A DNA stretch of 64,000 nt, from contig SHXK01000002.1 of NCBI GenBank assembly GCA_009693335.1, positions 339 to 64,338 of the forward strand, given 5' to 3'. The stretch comes from Betaproteobacteria bacterium. GTDB taxonomy: Bacteria; Pseudomonadota; Gammaproteobacteria; Burkholderiales; SG8-39. Position numbers and translations under genes: made by a program. Shown one piece after another: positions 10,459-20,177 of the stretch (position 1 is the first letter of the stretch; every line of letters starts with the position of its first letter). Under the pieces are notes generated by a model. It was not told the DNA's origin, did no database searches, and worked only from the letters and a program-made list of their open reading frames with translations.

Positions 10459-10968
10459 TTGGGACGCAAGCTCTCCTCGCAACTCACCCACTTTGACCAG
10501 CAAGGCAGCGCCCACATGGTTGACGTGGGCGCCAAGGGTGAAACGCACCGCATCGCGGTAGCTTCCGGGCGCATCGCCATGCGCCCGGCCACCTACCACA
10601 TGGTGATCGAAGGCGGCGCGACTAAGGGCGATGTACTCGGCGTGGCGCGGATCGCAGCCATCCAGGCAGCCAAGCGCACCTCGGAACTGGTGCCGCTGGC
10701 GCACCCGATCGCGATCACCCGCGTGGCGGTCGAGTTCAAGTTCGACGCGCTACGCTGCGAAATCCGCCTGTACGCCACAGTGGAATGCCGCGGCCGCACC
10801 GGCGTCGAGATGGAAGCCCTGAGCGCCGCCGCAGTGGGGCTGCTCACCATCTACGACATGGTGAAAGCCGTGGATCGCGGCATGGTCATCGGTGACCTGC
10901 AACTCGAGGAAAAACGTGGCGGAAAATCGGGTCATTACCGCCGCCGCATGGCTAAACCAGCTCCATGA
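10459..10968 (+). CDS. moaC: Cyclic pyranopterin monophosphate synthase MoaC
   Basis: [18 protein letters not shown]...PLAHPI...[17 protein letters not shown]. The TTG at 10459 lies 5 nt after AGGAGG; the alternative ATG at 10438 has no SD. Confidence 0.88.
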   Translation: MGRKLSSQLTHFDQQGSAHMVDVGAKGETHRIAVASGRIAMRPATYHMVIEGGATKGDVLGVARIAAIQAAKRTSELVPLAHPIAITRVAVEFKFDALRCEIRLYATVECRGRTGVEMEALSAAAVGLLTIYDMVKAVDRGMVIGDLQLEEKRGGKSGHYRRRMAKPAP

Positions 10969-12319
10969 AACTCAATTCCGGCAGGATCCTCGCCGCGCTG
11001 GTGCTGGTCGCCGTGGCGGCCGGCGCCTGGGCTTGGTACGCCTCGCGCCAAGCGGCGGGCGAGACCAAATACCGCACCGGAAAAGTGGAGCGTGGCCCGC
11101 TGCAGGCGGTGGTGGTGGCGAGCGGCACCTTGAATGCGGTAACCACCGTGCAGGTCGGCTCCCAAGTCTCTGGCCAGATCCTGGAAATCTTTGCTGATTT
11201 CAACACCCAGGTGAAGAAGGATCAGATCATCGCGCGCATCGATCCGCAGAGCTTCGAGCTGCGGGTCAACCAGACGGGCGCCGATGTCGACGCCGCAAAG
11301 AGCGCGGTGGCAGTGGCCACCTCCGCGCTCGCCGCGCAGAGAGCGGAAACCGGTCGCGTGAAGGTGAACCTGGCCGACGCCGAAAGGGATTTCAACCGAA
11401 AGAAATTGCTGGTGGAGAAGAATTTCATCTCGCCCGCCGAGCTGGACAGAGCGAGGACCCTGTTCGATTCGACCCGCGAGCAGTTGAAATCAGTCGAAGC
11501 GCAGATCGAGGTTAACGCTTCGCAGATCGCCAGTGCGCAGGCCACAGTAAAACAGCGCGAAGCGCTGCTCAAGCAGGCGCAGGTGGACCTGGAGCGGACC
11601 ATCATCCGGGCGCCGGTGAACGGCACCGTGATCCTGAAGAACATCGATGCCGGGCAAACGGTCGCCGCCAGCCTGCAGGCGCCGGTGCTGTTCACCATCG
11701 CACAGGATCTGCGCGACATGCAGGTCGAGGCGGCGATCGACGAAGCCGATGTCGGCCGGTTGCGGGTCAGCCAGCAGGCGAACTTCACGGTGGATGCTTT
11801 TCCGCGGCGCGGTTTTGCAGGCGAAATCAGGCAGATCCGAAAATCGCCGGTCAATGTGCAGAATGTCATCAGCTATACAGTGGTGATCTCCGCCGCGAAC
11901 CCGGACCAGTCGCTGCTGCCGGGCATGACCGCGAACGTCCGAGTAGTGGTGGACAGCCGTGACGCCGTACTCAAGGTGGCGAACGCCGCACTGCGCTTCC
12001 GGCCGGCTGGTACGGGAGGTACGGGCAGTACTGGCAGTACTGTTGCAGCAGGCGCTGGCGAGGCAAAGGCCCACTCCAACGGACAGCCAGCGCAGAAGAC
12101 TGGCGGCCGTGCTGGCGCAGCGCACGTCGGCCGGGTCTGGATCCGCGGCCCCGACGGACAGCCCCAGGCGCTCGAGGTGCGAACCGGCCTGACCGATGGC
12201 GCCAGCACCGAGATCGCCGCAGGTCCGCTCAAGGAAAGCGACGAGGTGATCCTCGGTATCGGCGAGACCCAGGCCCCGTCCAAAAAGGCCGCTGGTCCGT
12301 CAGGGCCGCGCATGTTCTG

Positions 12320-12320
<1 letters not shown>
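10965..12320 (+). CDS. Efflux periplasmic adaptor (HlyD/MacA family)
   Basis: ATGA overlap with the moaC stop. N-terminal TM anchor, coiled-coil hairpin, beta-barrel region and a Gly/Thr/Ser-rich linker before the C-terminal domain. Confidence 0.85.
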
Positions 12321-13077
<757 letters not shown>

Positions 13078-13081
<4 letters not shown>

Positions 13082-14310
13082 ACCTCCTCGGCCTGCTGCG
13101 GGTCGCGATGCGCGCGCTGGCGGTGAACAAGCTGCGCAGCCTGCTCACCATGCTCGGCATCATCATCGGTGTCGCCGCCGTGATCGTGATGATCGCCGTC
13201 GGCGCAGGCGCGCAAAAGCGCGTCGAGGAACAAATCCGCTCCCTGGGTTCCAACCTTTTGCTGATCCTATCGGGCACCACCACCTCGGGCGGGGTACGGA
13301 TGGGCTTTGGCTCCAGCCAGACGATCTCCGAGGACGACGCCGCCGCCATCTGGCGCGAAATTCCGGAAACCATGGCGGCGCCCGCCTTGCGCGGCACCTC
13401 GCAGCTCATCTGGGGCAATACCAACTGGTCGACGGTGATCTTCGGCGTGACGCCGGAATACATCGACGTGCGCCAGTGGGAACTCGCTGCCGGCCGCATC
13501 TTCGACGCCGCCGACGTGGCGGGCGCCACCAAGGTGTGTCTGGTCGGCCAGACGGTGGCGCGGCAGCTATTCGGCGGCGCCGATCCGCTGGGACAGGTGA
13601 TCCGCGTGCGGCGCGTGCCCTTCACCGTGATCGGCGTGCTTGAATCCAAGGGCCAGAGCATGATGGGCAGCGACCAGGACGACCTGGTCCTGATGCCGAT
13701 CAGCACCGCGCGCAACCGCGTGCTGGGCACGGGCAACCTGGCAAAGCAGCGCAGCGTCGGCACCATCTGGGTCAAAGTGGCCGAAGGCACCAACATGAAA
13801 GCTGCCGAGGAGCAGGTGCGCGCACTGCTGCGCCAGCGGCACCGGCTGCAGCCCGGGCAGGACGACGACTTCTCGTTGCGTAACCTGGAGGAAGTCGCGG
13901 CCACGCAAGAAGCCTCCAGCCGCGTGCTGGCGCTGCTGCTGGCGGCAGTGGCCTCGGTGTCGCTGGTGGTGGGCGGCATCGGCATCATGAATATCATGCT
14001 GGTCTCGGTCACCGAGCGCACGCGGGAGATCGGCCTGCGCATGGCGGTTGGCGCGCGCACGCGCGACATCCTCGGTCAGTTCCTGGTCGAAGCCGTGACG
14101 CTGTCGCTGATCGGCGGCTTGGCAGGGATCGCCATCGGCATCGCCACCGCGGTCGGCATCGCGGAAATCGCGGGTTGGCGGATCGTGCTGTCGCCCGAGT
14201 CGGTGCTGCTGGCGGTCGCCTTCGCTTTCGCGATCGGCGTGTTTTTCGGCTTTTACCCGGCACGCAAGGCCGCGCGCCTCAACCCGGTCGAGGCCCTGCG
14301 CTTCGAGTGA
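13078..14310 (+). CDS. ABC transporter permease (MacB/FtsX type)
   Basis: N-terminal TM helix, large periplasmic domain and C-terminal FtsX-like helices (SLVVGGIGIMNIMLVSVTERTREIGLRMAVGAR). Confidence 0.9.
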
Positions 14311-14471
14311 GGCCCGCGTACGCACATCAAAAAGATACTTGAACAAAGATCTGGATATTGCTGCCCCAGTTTGTAGCAGCCTTCCAGATACTCCTTAGAG
14401 ATGATGTCCGTTTGCAGCAGGCGATCCCACTGGAATTGCCTCCCCTCCAAGTTTATGCGCCCCCCAGGCGC

Positions 14472-14508
14472 ACAAAAAAAAATCCCACGCCGCTGTTCGC
14501 GGCGCGGG
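14472..14508 (-). terminator. Rho-independent terminator of the pilin gene
   Basis: Read on the minus strand, a 10-bp GC-rich stem (CCCGCGCCGC / GCGGCGTGGG, one mismatch; plus coordinates 14484..14508) with a 5-nt loop is followed by a run of 9 T (plus A-run 14474..14482). Confidence 0.7.
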
Positions 14509-14527
14509 AGCGTCTGGACTTATATCG

Positions 14528-14944
14528 TTAGCTGCAGGCCTTCGGCTTGATTTCGGTGGCCAGGTTCGAGACGCAGGTCCATGCGCCAGTGGTCGAATCG
14601 AAGGTCAGCGTCACAGTTTTGCTAACGACCTTGGTACTGACACCGGAGGCCGCGTAGGTAGCGAGCAGGGCGCAACTCGGAGTCGTAAAAGTGGCCCCAA
14701 TGCTGGCGACGTACTTCCCCGATGACACTGCGCCTATCGGGATCGCGCAGCCGGCGCTGGGGTCCTGAGCCATCGCTTCCGCGACCGGGGTTTTAAGGCC
14801 GTCGAGTAGCGAAAACGCTTCGGTCGCCTGCGCCTTGGCGATGTAGTCCTGATAGGCCGGAATCGCTACCGCCGCCAGAATGCCGATGATCGCAACCACG
14901 ATCATCAGTTCGATCAAGGTAAAGCCCTTCTGTAGCTGTTTCAT
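14528..14944 (-). CDS. pilA: Type IVa major pilin
   Basis: The listed ORF was trimmed to the ATG at 14944, preceded by AGGAG. Prepilin leader MKQLQKG|[27 protein letters not shown], with two Cys pairs in the C-terminal half. Confidence 0.9.
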   Translation of the reverse strand: MKQLQKGFTLIELMIVVAIIGILAAVAIPAYQDYIAKAQATEAFSLLDGLKTPVAEAMAQDPSAGCAIPIGAVSSGKYVASIGATFTTPSCALLATYAASGVSTKVVSKTVTLTFDSTTGAWTCVSNLATEIKPKACS

Positions 14945-15446
14945 GGAATTAACTCCTTTTAAGGCTGGTTGGACAGATGGCACAAGTAAGCTTGCATACT
15001 TGGCCCACAGCGCTACGCGCAAGTGTCGGGCCTACTCCGAAAGTAATTTTTTTATTACATCTTTTCAATTAGTTATGGTTCAGACCCGGAGGAACGATGA
15101 AATATTCCCTCATGCCGCCCGGGGTCAGAGTGCCGAAAAATGTCAGTGGGTTACCAGGATGGGCACTGCTACCAGCCTTCAGGGCGTATAACCCGGAATC
15201 TTCGATTCATCGACTTCGTCGATCTGTTCCTTGTCGAGATACTGCTCGGCGTAGCGCCGGTAGACTTTCTTGCGTACAAAAATGTCCCTCCGAATTCCTG
15301 CATCCGTCAGGCATGTCGTGCGGCGCAAAAATTCTACGCCAGCCCCATGCCCGTCAGGCGAGATTCAAAGACCTGCCCTGAACCTAGGTCTCCCTCAAGA
15401 AAAACAACCCTCTACCCCGCATTTTTGCAGCTAAATGTCAGCCAGG

Positions 15447-16379
15447 TCAAGCGCCAAGAATCTGCCCGGGCTGGACGCTGCCCACGGCCAGCAGGTCGCC
15501 GGCAGCGACCTTTTTGCCGTCGCCCAGCTTGGCGCGCAGCACCTCGATGCGGCCGCCTTGGGCGCTCACCTGGAAGCTGGTCGGGCCGATTGCGACGATT
15601 TCGCCGATTTTTCCCTTGACCGCGCCGAAGCTACGCACCGGCACCTTTTTGCAATCAAAGATCTGCAGTTTGATACCGTTCAGGGTCGTCCAGGCCCCGG
15701 GGGCCGGATTGCAGCTGCGGATCAGGTTGTAGACCGCATCGATGTGGTTGGCCCAATGGATGCGTGCCTCGCTCTCGCGGAACCAGCCTTCGTAGGTCGC
15801 CTGCGACTCGTCCTGCACCAGCTCCCGGTGACTGCCGGCGACCACCAGGTCGGCGGCCTCCAGCATCGCCTGCACCCCCATCGGGAACAGGCGGTCGAAA
15901 TACACCGTGCCGAGCGTGTCGTCCGGACTAATGCGGGTCTCTTTTTGCAGGATCACGGGACCCTCGTCCAGGCCATCGGTCGGGCGAAAGATGGTCAGGC
16001 CGGTGGTGGTTTCGCCACGTGAAATCGGCCAGTTGATCGAACTCGGGCCGCGGTACTTCGGCAGCAGCGACGGGTGGTACTGGATGGTGCCGTGCTTGGG
16101 GATGGTCACGAAGTCCTGCGGCGCGAACTGCAGCACGAAAGCCATGATGCCGATCTGCACCTCCAGCCCTTTGAGCGCCGCTTTGGCGTCATCGTTCTTC
16201 AGCGACGGAAACTGGAATACCTGGATGCCTTTTTCTCCGGCGGCGGTCTTCAGCACATCAGGCTTGGCGCCCGGTTTTTCCGGCGCGCAGAACACGCCGG
16301 CCACCTCGTCGCCACGCGCCACAAACGCTTCCAGCACGGCCTTGCCAAAATCCTGCTGACCAACGATGGCGATTTTCAT
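15447..16379 (-). CDS. Formyltransferase-fold protein (Formyl_trans_N + Formyl_trans_C), closest by eye to the N-terminal hydrolase domain of 10-formyl-THF dehydrogenase
   Basis: 310 aa: MKIAIVGQQDFGKAV..., TIQYHPSLLPKYRGPSSINW (His without the N-x-H Asn of Fmt/PurN), TDGLDEGPV (Asp), ATYEG, PGAWT. The ATG shares one nt with the frc TGA. Confidence 0.85.
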   Translation of the reverse strand: MKIAIVGQQDFGKAVLEAFVARGDEVAGVFCAPEKPGAKPDVLKTAAGEKGIQVFQFPSLKNDDAKAALKGLEVQIGIMAFVLQFAPQDFVTIPKHGTIQYHPSLLPKYRGPSSINWPISRGETTTGLTIFRPTDGLDEGPVILQKETRISPDDTLGTVYFDRLFPMGVQAMLEAADLVVAGSHRELVQDESQATYEGWFRESEARIHWANHIDAVYNLIRSCNPAPGAWTTLNGIKLQIFDCKKVPVRSFGAVKGKIGEIVAIGPTSFQVSAQGGRIEVLRAKLGDGKKVAAGDLLAVGSVQPGQILGA

Positions 16380-17650
16380 CAGACCGCCCTTTTCGGCGGC
16401 AGCGAGAAAGCGCCCGCATTCTTCAGCGAGCCGATCTTGGCGTCGTCGTAAGCGAGCACTTCTTTAAGGATCTCGTCGGTGTGCTCGCCCAGCGTCGGCG
16501 AGCGCTCGATCTTCGCCGGCGAGGCCGACAGCTTGATCGGCATGCCGACATTCCACCACTTGCCGCGCTGCGGGTGATCGAGCTCGACCCACATCTCGCG
16601 GCCGCGCACATGCTCGTCGTTGGCGAGATCTTCGGTGCTCATGATCGGCCCGCAGGGCACGTCAAGCGGATTGAGGATCGCCATCAGTTCGCGCTTGGTG
16701 TATTTCTCGGCGAACTTGTTGATCAGCGTCCACATCAGTTGCTGGTTCTTGCGCCGCTCCGCGATGCCGGCAAGTTGCGGGTTGCTGGCCATGTCGGGCA
16801 TGCCGACATCCGGACCGATGCGCGTGGCCAGATCCTCCCACACCGCCTCCTGCACCACCACATAGAGCCAGTCGTTCGGACCGTGCGGTTTGCAGTGGAT
16901 GGCGTTGCCCAACTGGCCGCCACCGGAATCGTTACCCGCACGCGGCACATCGCCCATGTTCTGATAGGTTGGCACTGAGTACTCCGACATTGCCTGTCGC
17001 GTGAGGCGCTGGTGGTCGCGGAATTTAACGCGACACAGATTCATCACCCCGTCCATCATCGCCACTTCCACGTACTGCCCCTGACCCGTCTTGTCCGCCT
17101 GCCGGAGCGCCGCGAGCAGGCCGATCGCCAAGTGCAGGCCAGTACCCGAATCGCCGATCTGTGCACCAGTGACGAAGGGCGGGCCCTCCGGCACCCCGGT
17201 GGTGCTCATCGCGCCGCCCATCGCCTGCGCGACATTTTCGTAGGCCTTGAACTCGGCGTAGGGCCCGCTGGAGCCGAAGCCCTTGATCGAACCCATCACG
17301 ATCTTCGGGTTGAGTTCGTGGATCTTCTCCCAGGTGAAGCCAAAGCGGTCGAGCACGCCGGGGCCGAAGTTCTCCATGATCATGTCGCATTTCTTCAGCA
17401 GGTCGACAAACACCTGCTTGCCCTCGTCGCTTTTCATGTTGACGGTGATCGAGCGCTTGTTGCAGTTGAGCATGGTGAAGTACAGGCTGTCGGCCTTGGG
17501 TATATCGCGCAGTTGCCCGCGTGTCGCGTCGCCTGCCGGGTTCTCGAACTTGATCACGTCAGCCCCCATCCAGGCGAGCAGTTGCGAGCAGGTCGGCCCC
17601 GCTTGCACGTGGGTCATGTCGAGAATGCGGACTCCCTTAAGTGCTTCCAT
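16379..17650 (-). CDS. frc: Formyl-CoA:oxalate CoA-transferase
   Basis: Family III CoA-transferase with a Frc/YfdW-like N-terminus (GVRILDMTHVQAGPTCSQLLAWMGADVIKFE). Sits immediately downstream of oxc. Confidence 0.92.
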   Translation of the reverse strand: MEALKGVRILDMTHVQAGPTCSQLLAWMGADVIKFENPAGDATRGQLRDIPKADSLYFTMLNCNKRSITVNMKSDEGKQVFVDLLKKCDMIMENFGPGVLDRFGFTWEKIHELNPKIVMGSIKGFGSSGPYAEFKAYENVAQAMGGAMSTTGVPEGPPFVTGAQIGDSGTGLHLAIGLLAALRQADKTGQGQYVEVAMMDGVMNLCRVKFRDHQRLTRQAMSEYSVPTYQNMGDVPRAGNDSGGGQLGNAIHCKPHGPNDWLYVVVQEAVWEDLATRIGPDVGMPDMASNPQLAGIAERRKNQQLMWTLINKFAEKYTKRELMAILNPLDVPCGPIMSTEDLANDEHVRGREMWVELDHPQRGKWWNVGMPIKLSASPAKIERSPTLGEHTDEILKEVLAYDDAKIGSLKNAGAFSLPPKRAV

Positions 17651-17666
17651 TCAGATCTCCAAAAAG

Positions 17667-19421
17667 CTATTTCTTTTTTGCGGTCGGATTCAGGCTCGTG
17701 ATGCGGCCGCTTTCGGTGCCGGCGGTTTCGTCGATGACAGCATTGATGAGGGTGGGCTTGCCCGAACGGATGGCTGCTTCCATGGCCTGGCGCAACTCGG
17801 CCGGCTTGGTGACGTGTACCCCAATGCCACCGAAAGCCTCCATCAGCTTGTCATAGCGCGCCCCCTTGACGAATACGGTGGGCGCCACATCGGGGCCGCC
17901 GGTCGGATTGACATCCGTCCCCCCGTAGACGCCGTTATTGTTGAAGATCACCACGCAGACCGGCAGGTTGTAGCGGCAAATAGTCTCCACTTCCATGCCG
18001 GAGAAGCCAAAAGCGCTGTCGCCCTCGATCGCGATCACCGGCTGGCCGCTGACCACCGCGGCGGCGACGGCGAAGCCCATGCCAATGCCCATGATGCCCC
18101 AGGTACCCACGTCCAGGCGCTTGCGCGGTCGGTACATGTCGACGATGCTGCGGGTGAAGTCGAGTGCGTTAGCGCCTTCGTTGACCAGAATGGCCTCCGG
18201 GTTGGCCTTGATGATGTCACGCACTACGTTCAGCGCGCTGTGAAAATTCATCGGCGCCGGATCACGTGCCAAGGTCTCGGCCATCTTGGCGAGGTTCTTC
18301 CCCTTGCGCTCGGCAATGGCCGAGAGCCACTCGGCCGGCGGCTTGGCCCAGTGGGTGCCCGCGGCCTTGATGGCGGTCAGCAGCGCCGAGACGCAGGAAC
18401 CGATGTCGCCCACCAGCGGGGCTTCGATACGGACGTTGCTGTCCATTTCCTGCGGCGAAATATCGATCTGGATGAACTTTTGTGCGCCCCAGGCCTTAGC
18501 GTCCTTGCCGCCCCAGGTCTTGCCCTTGCCTTGGGAGAGCAGCCAGTTCAGACGCGCGCCGACCAGCATCACCACGTCAGCCTCGGGCAGCACGAAAGAA
18601 CGGGCGGCAGCAGCAGACTGCTCGTGCGTGTCGGGCAGCAGGCCCTTGGCCATGGACATGGGCAGGTAGGGGATGCCGGTGCGCTCGATGAGGGCGCGGA
18701 TGTCCGCGTCGGCCTGTGCGTAAGCGGCGCCCTTGCCCAGCAAGATCAGCGGACGCTTGGCGCTTTTCAGGAGTTCGAGGGCGCGTTGCACCGCGTCCTC
18801 CGCCGGAATCTGGCGCGGCGCCGGATCGACCACCTTGATCAGCGATTTTCTGCCGGCTTCCGCGTCCATGGACTGGGCAAAGAGCTTCGCCGGCAGGTCG
18901 AGATAGACGCCGCCCGGGCGGCCGGAGACGGCGGCGCGGATCGCGCGCGCCACGCCCACCCCGATGTCCTCGGCGTGCAGCACGCGGAAAGCGGCCTTGG
19001 CGAGCGGCTTGGCGATGGCCAACTGGTCCATCTCCTCGTAGTCTCCCTGCTGCAGGTCGACGATCTCGCGCTCGCTGGAGCCGCTGATGAGGATCATCGG
19101 GAAGCAATTGGTGGTGGCGTTGGCGAGAGCCGTCAAGCCGTTGAGGAAGCCGGGGGCGGACACCGTCAGACAGATGCCCGGCTTTTGCGTCATGAAACCG
19201 GCGATGGCGGCGGCGTTGCCGGCGTTTTGCTCGTGGCGGAACGAAATCACGCGCAAGCCTGCGGCCTGGGCCTTGCGGGTGAGGTCAGTGATCGGAATGC
19301 CGGGCAGACCGAAAATAGTGTCGATGCCGTTCAATTTAAGGGCATCGATGACCAGGTGAAAACCGTCGGTCACTGGTGATGGTGCATCGGTTACTACGAC
19401 TTGAGGTTCGACAGCGCCCAT
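17667..19421 (-). CDS. oxc: Oxalyl-CoA decarboxylase (ThDP-dependent)
   Basis: The listed ORF was trimmed to the ATG at 19421. ThDP motif [31 protein letters not shown]; Oxc-like N-terminus [23 protein letters not shown]. Confidence 0.92.
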   Translation of the reverse strand: MGAVEPQVVVTDAPSPVTDGFHLVIDALKLNGIDTIFGLPGIPITDLTRKAQAAGLRVISFRHEQNAGNAAAIAGFMTQKPGICLTVSAPGFLNGLTALANATTNCFPMILISGSSEREIVDLQQGDYEEMDQLAIAKPLAKAAFRVLHAEDIGVGVARAIRAAVSGRPGGVYLDLPAKLFAQSMDAEAGRKSLIKVVDPAPRQIPAEDAVQRALELLKSAKRPLILLGKGAAYAQADADIRALIERTGIPYLPMSMAKGLLPDTHEQSAAAARSFVLPEADVVMLVGARLNWLLSQGKGKTWGGKDAKAWGAQKFIQIDISPQEMDSNVRIEAPLVGDIGSCVSALLTAIKAAGTHWAKPPAEWLSAIAERKGKNLAKMAETLARDPAPMNFHSALNVVRDIIKANPEAILVNEGANALDFTRSIVDMYRPRKRLDVGTWGIMGIGMGFAVAAAVVSGQPVIAIEGDSAFGFSGMEVETICRYNLPVCVVIFNNNGVYGGTDVNPTGGPDVAPTVFVKGARYDKLMEAFGGIGVHVTKPAELRQAMEAAIRSGKPTLINAVIDETAGTESGRITSLNPTAKKK

Positions 19422-19476
19422 AAAGACCCCTCTCGGAAAAGTCAAAAATGATAGTTTTTCACTCCTGCCGCCGACC

Positions 19477-19490
19477 TTGACTGCGGTCAA
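19477..19490. promoter_or_regulatory. FNR/CRP-type palindromic box TTGACTGCGGTCAA between oxc and the Crp/Fnr gene
   Basis: Perfect TTGAC-N4-GTCAA. The box centre is 62.5 nt from the oxc ATG. Exactly 23 nt further on the minus strand is the -10-like TATCAT (19448..19453). The box ends 29 nt before the regulator ATG. Confidence 0.55.
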
Positions 19491-19518
19491 GCTTTTTCAG
19501 TCTAATGAGCAGTTCCCC

Positions 19519-20130
19519 ATGACCGCCATCGCCAACCACCCGCAACGCAACACCCTGCGCCTGCAATTGCGCGAGAACCTGCTCCTCTGGGCCATGCGCC
19601 CGGAGCAGTGGGAGGCGCTGGAACCCCTGCTGGTGATAGGCGACTACCGCAAAGGCGACCGTCTGGCGCGACAGGGGGATGAGGAAATGGTCCAGTTCTT
19701 CATCCTCGAGGGCATGGTCAAGCGCGTGGTGTCAAACCCCGAGGGCCACGAAATGATCCTGCGCTTCGCCGCCGAAACCGAGATGGACACCTCGTTCGCA
19801 GCCTGGCGCCTGCGCACCCCCATCCCTTATTCTATCGTCGCGGTAACCAAGGCGCGCACTGCCGAGCTACCGATGCCGCGGTGGGTCGAGTTTCTCGAGC
19901 GGCAGCCTGAGGTGAAGTTGAAGTTCGAGTACCAGGTCATGAAGCTGATGTCGGAGGTGATGGCGCACACCATCACCCTGCACCTGCTGGACGCCCCCGG
20001 ACGGCTGTCGCGGTTTCACCGCAAGCATCCTGAGCTCGCCGGCAAGATCCCGAAGAAGGAACTGGCCGCCTACCTCAACCTGACTCCCGAAACCCTCTCC
20101 CGCCTCAAGCAGAAGCTCGGCCGTCAATGA
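19519..20130 (+). CDS. Crp/Fnr family transcriptional regulator (no cysteines)
   Basis: cNMP-binding-like beta-roll (GDRLARQGDEEMVQFFILEGMV) and C-terminal HTH KKELAAYLNLTPETLSRLKQKL with an FNR-type E--SR recognition helix. The ATG at 19519 is preferred over the TTG at 19477, which lies inside the box. Confidence 0.85.
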   Translation: MTAIANHPQRNTLRLQLRENLLLWAMRPEQWEALEPLLVIGDYRKGDRLARQGDEEMVQFFILEGMVKRVVSNPEGHEMILRFAAETEMDTSFAAWRLRTPIPYSIVAVTKARTAELPMPRWVEFLERQPEVKLKFEYQVMKLMSEVMAHTITLHLLDAPGRLSRFHRKHPELAGKIPKKELAAYLNLTPETLSRLKQKLGRQ

Positions 20131-20177
20131 AAAGGGCCGGGTTAGCGCAGGGGCCTAAGCGCCAGCGCGAGCCGCTT

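Noticed and set aside
12001-12040. Short GGTACGGG/AGTACTGG repeats inside the adaptor gene as a repeat element.
   Set aside because: They are in frame and encode a Gly-Thr-Gly-Ser low-complexity linker. There is no evidence of mobility.
14253-14450. The listed 65-aa ORF as a real gene.
   Set aside because: Its 3' third overlaps the ABC permease gene on the opposite strand, and it has no SD. At most it is a remnant, noted under the pilin locus finding.
14981-15010. Sigma-54 promoter upstream of the pilin gene: minus strand TGGGCCAAGTATGCA, and plus strand TGGCAC-N8-TTGCA.
   Set aside because: The GG-to-GC spacing is 9 nt on the minus strand and 13 nt on the plus strand, instead of the strict 10 nt. 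The plus-strand match also points away from the pilin gene.
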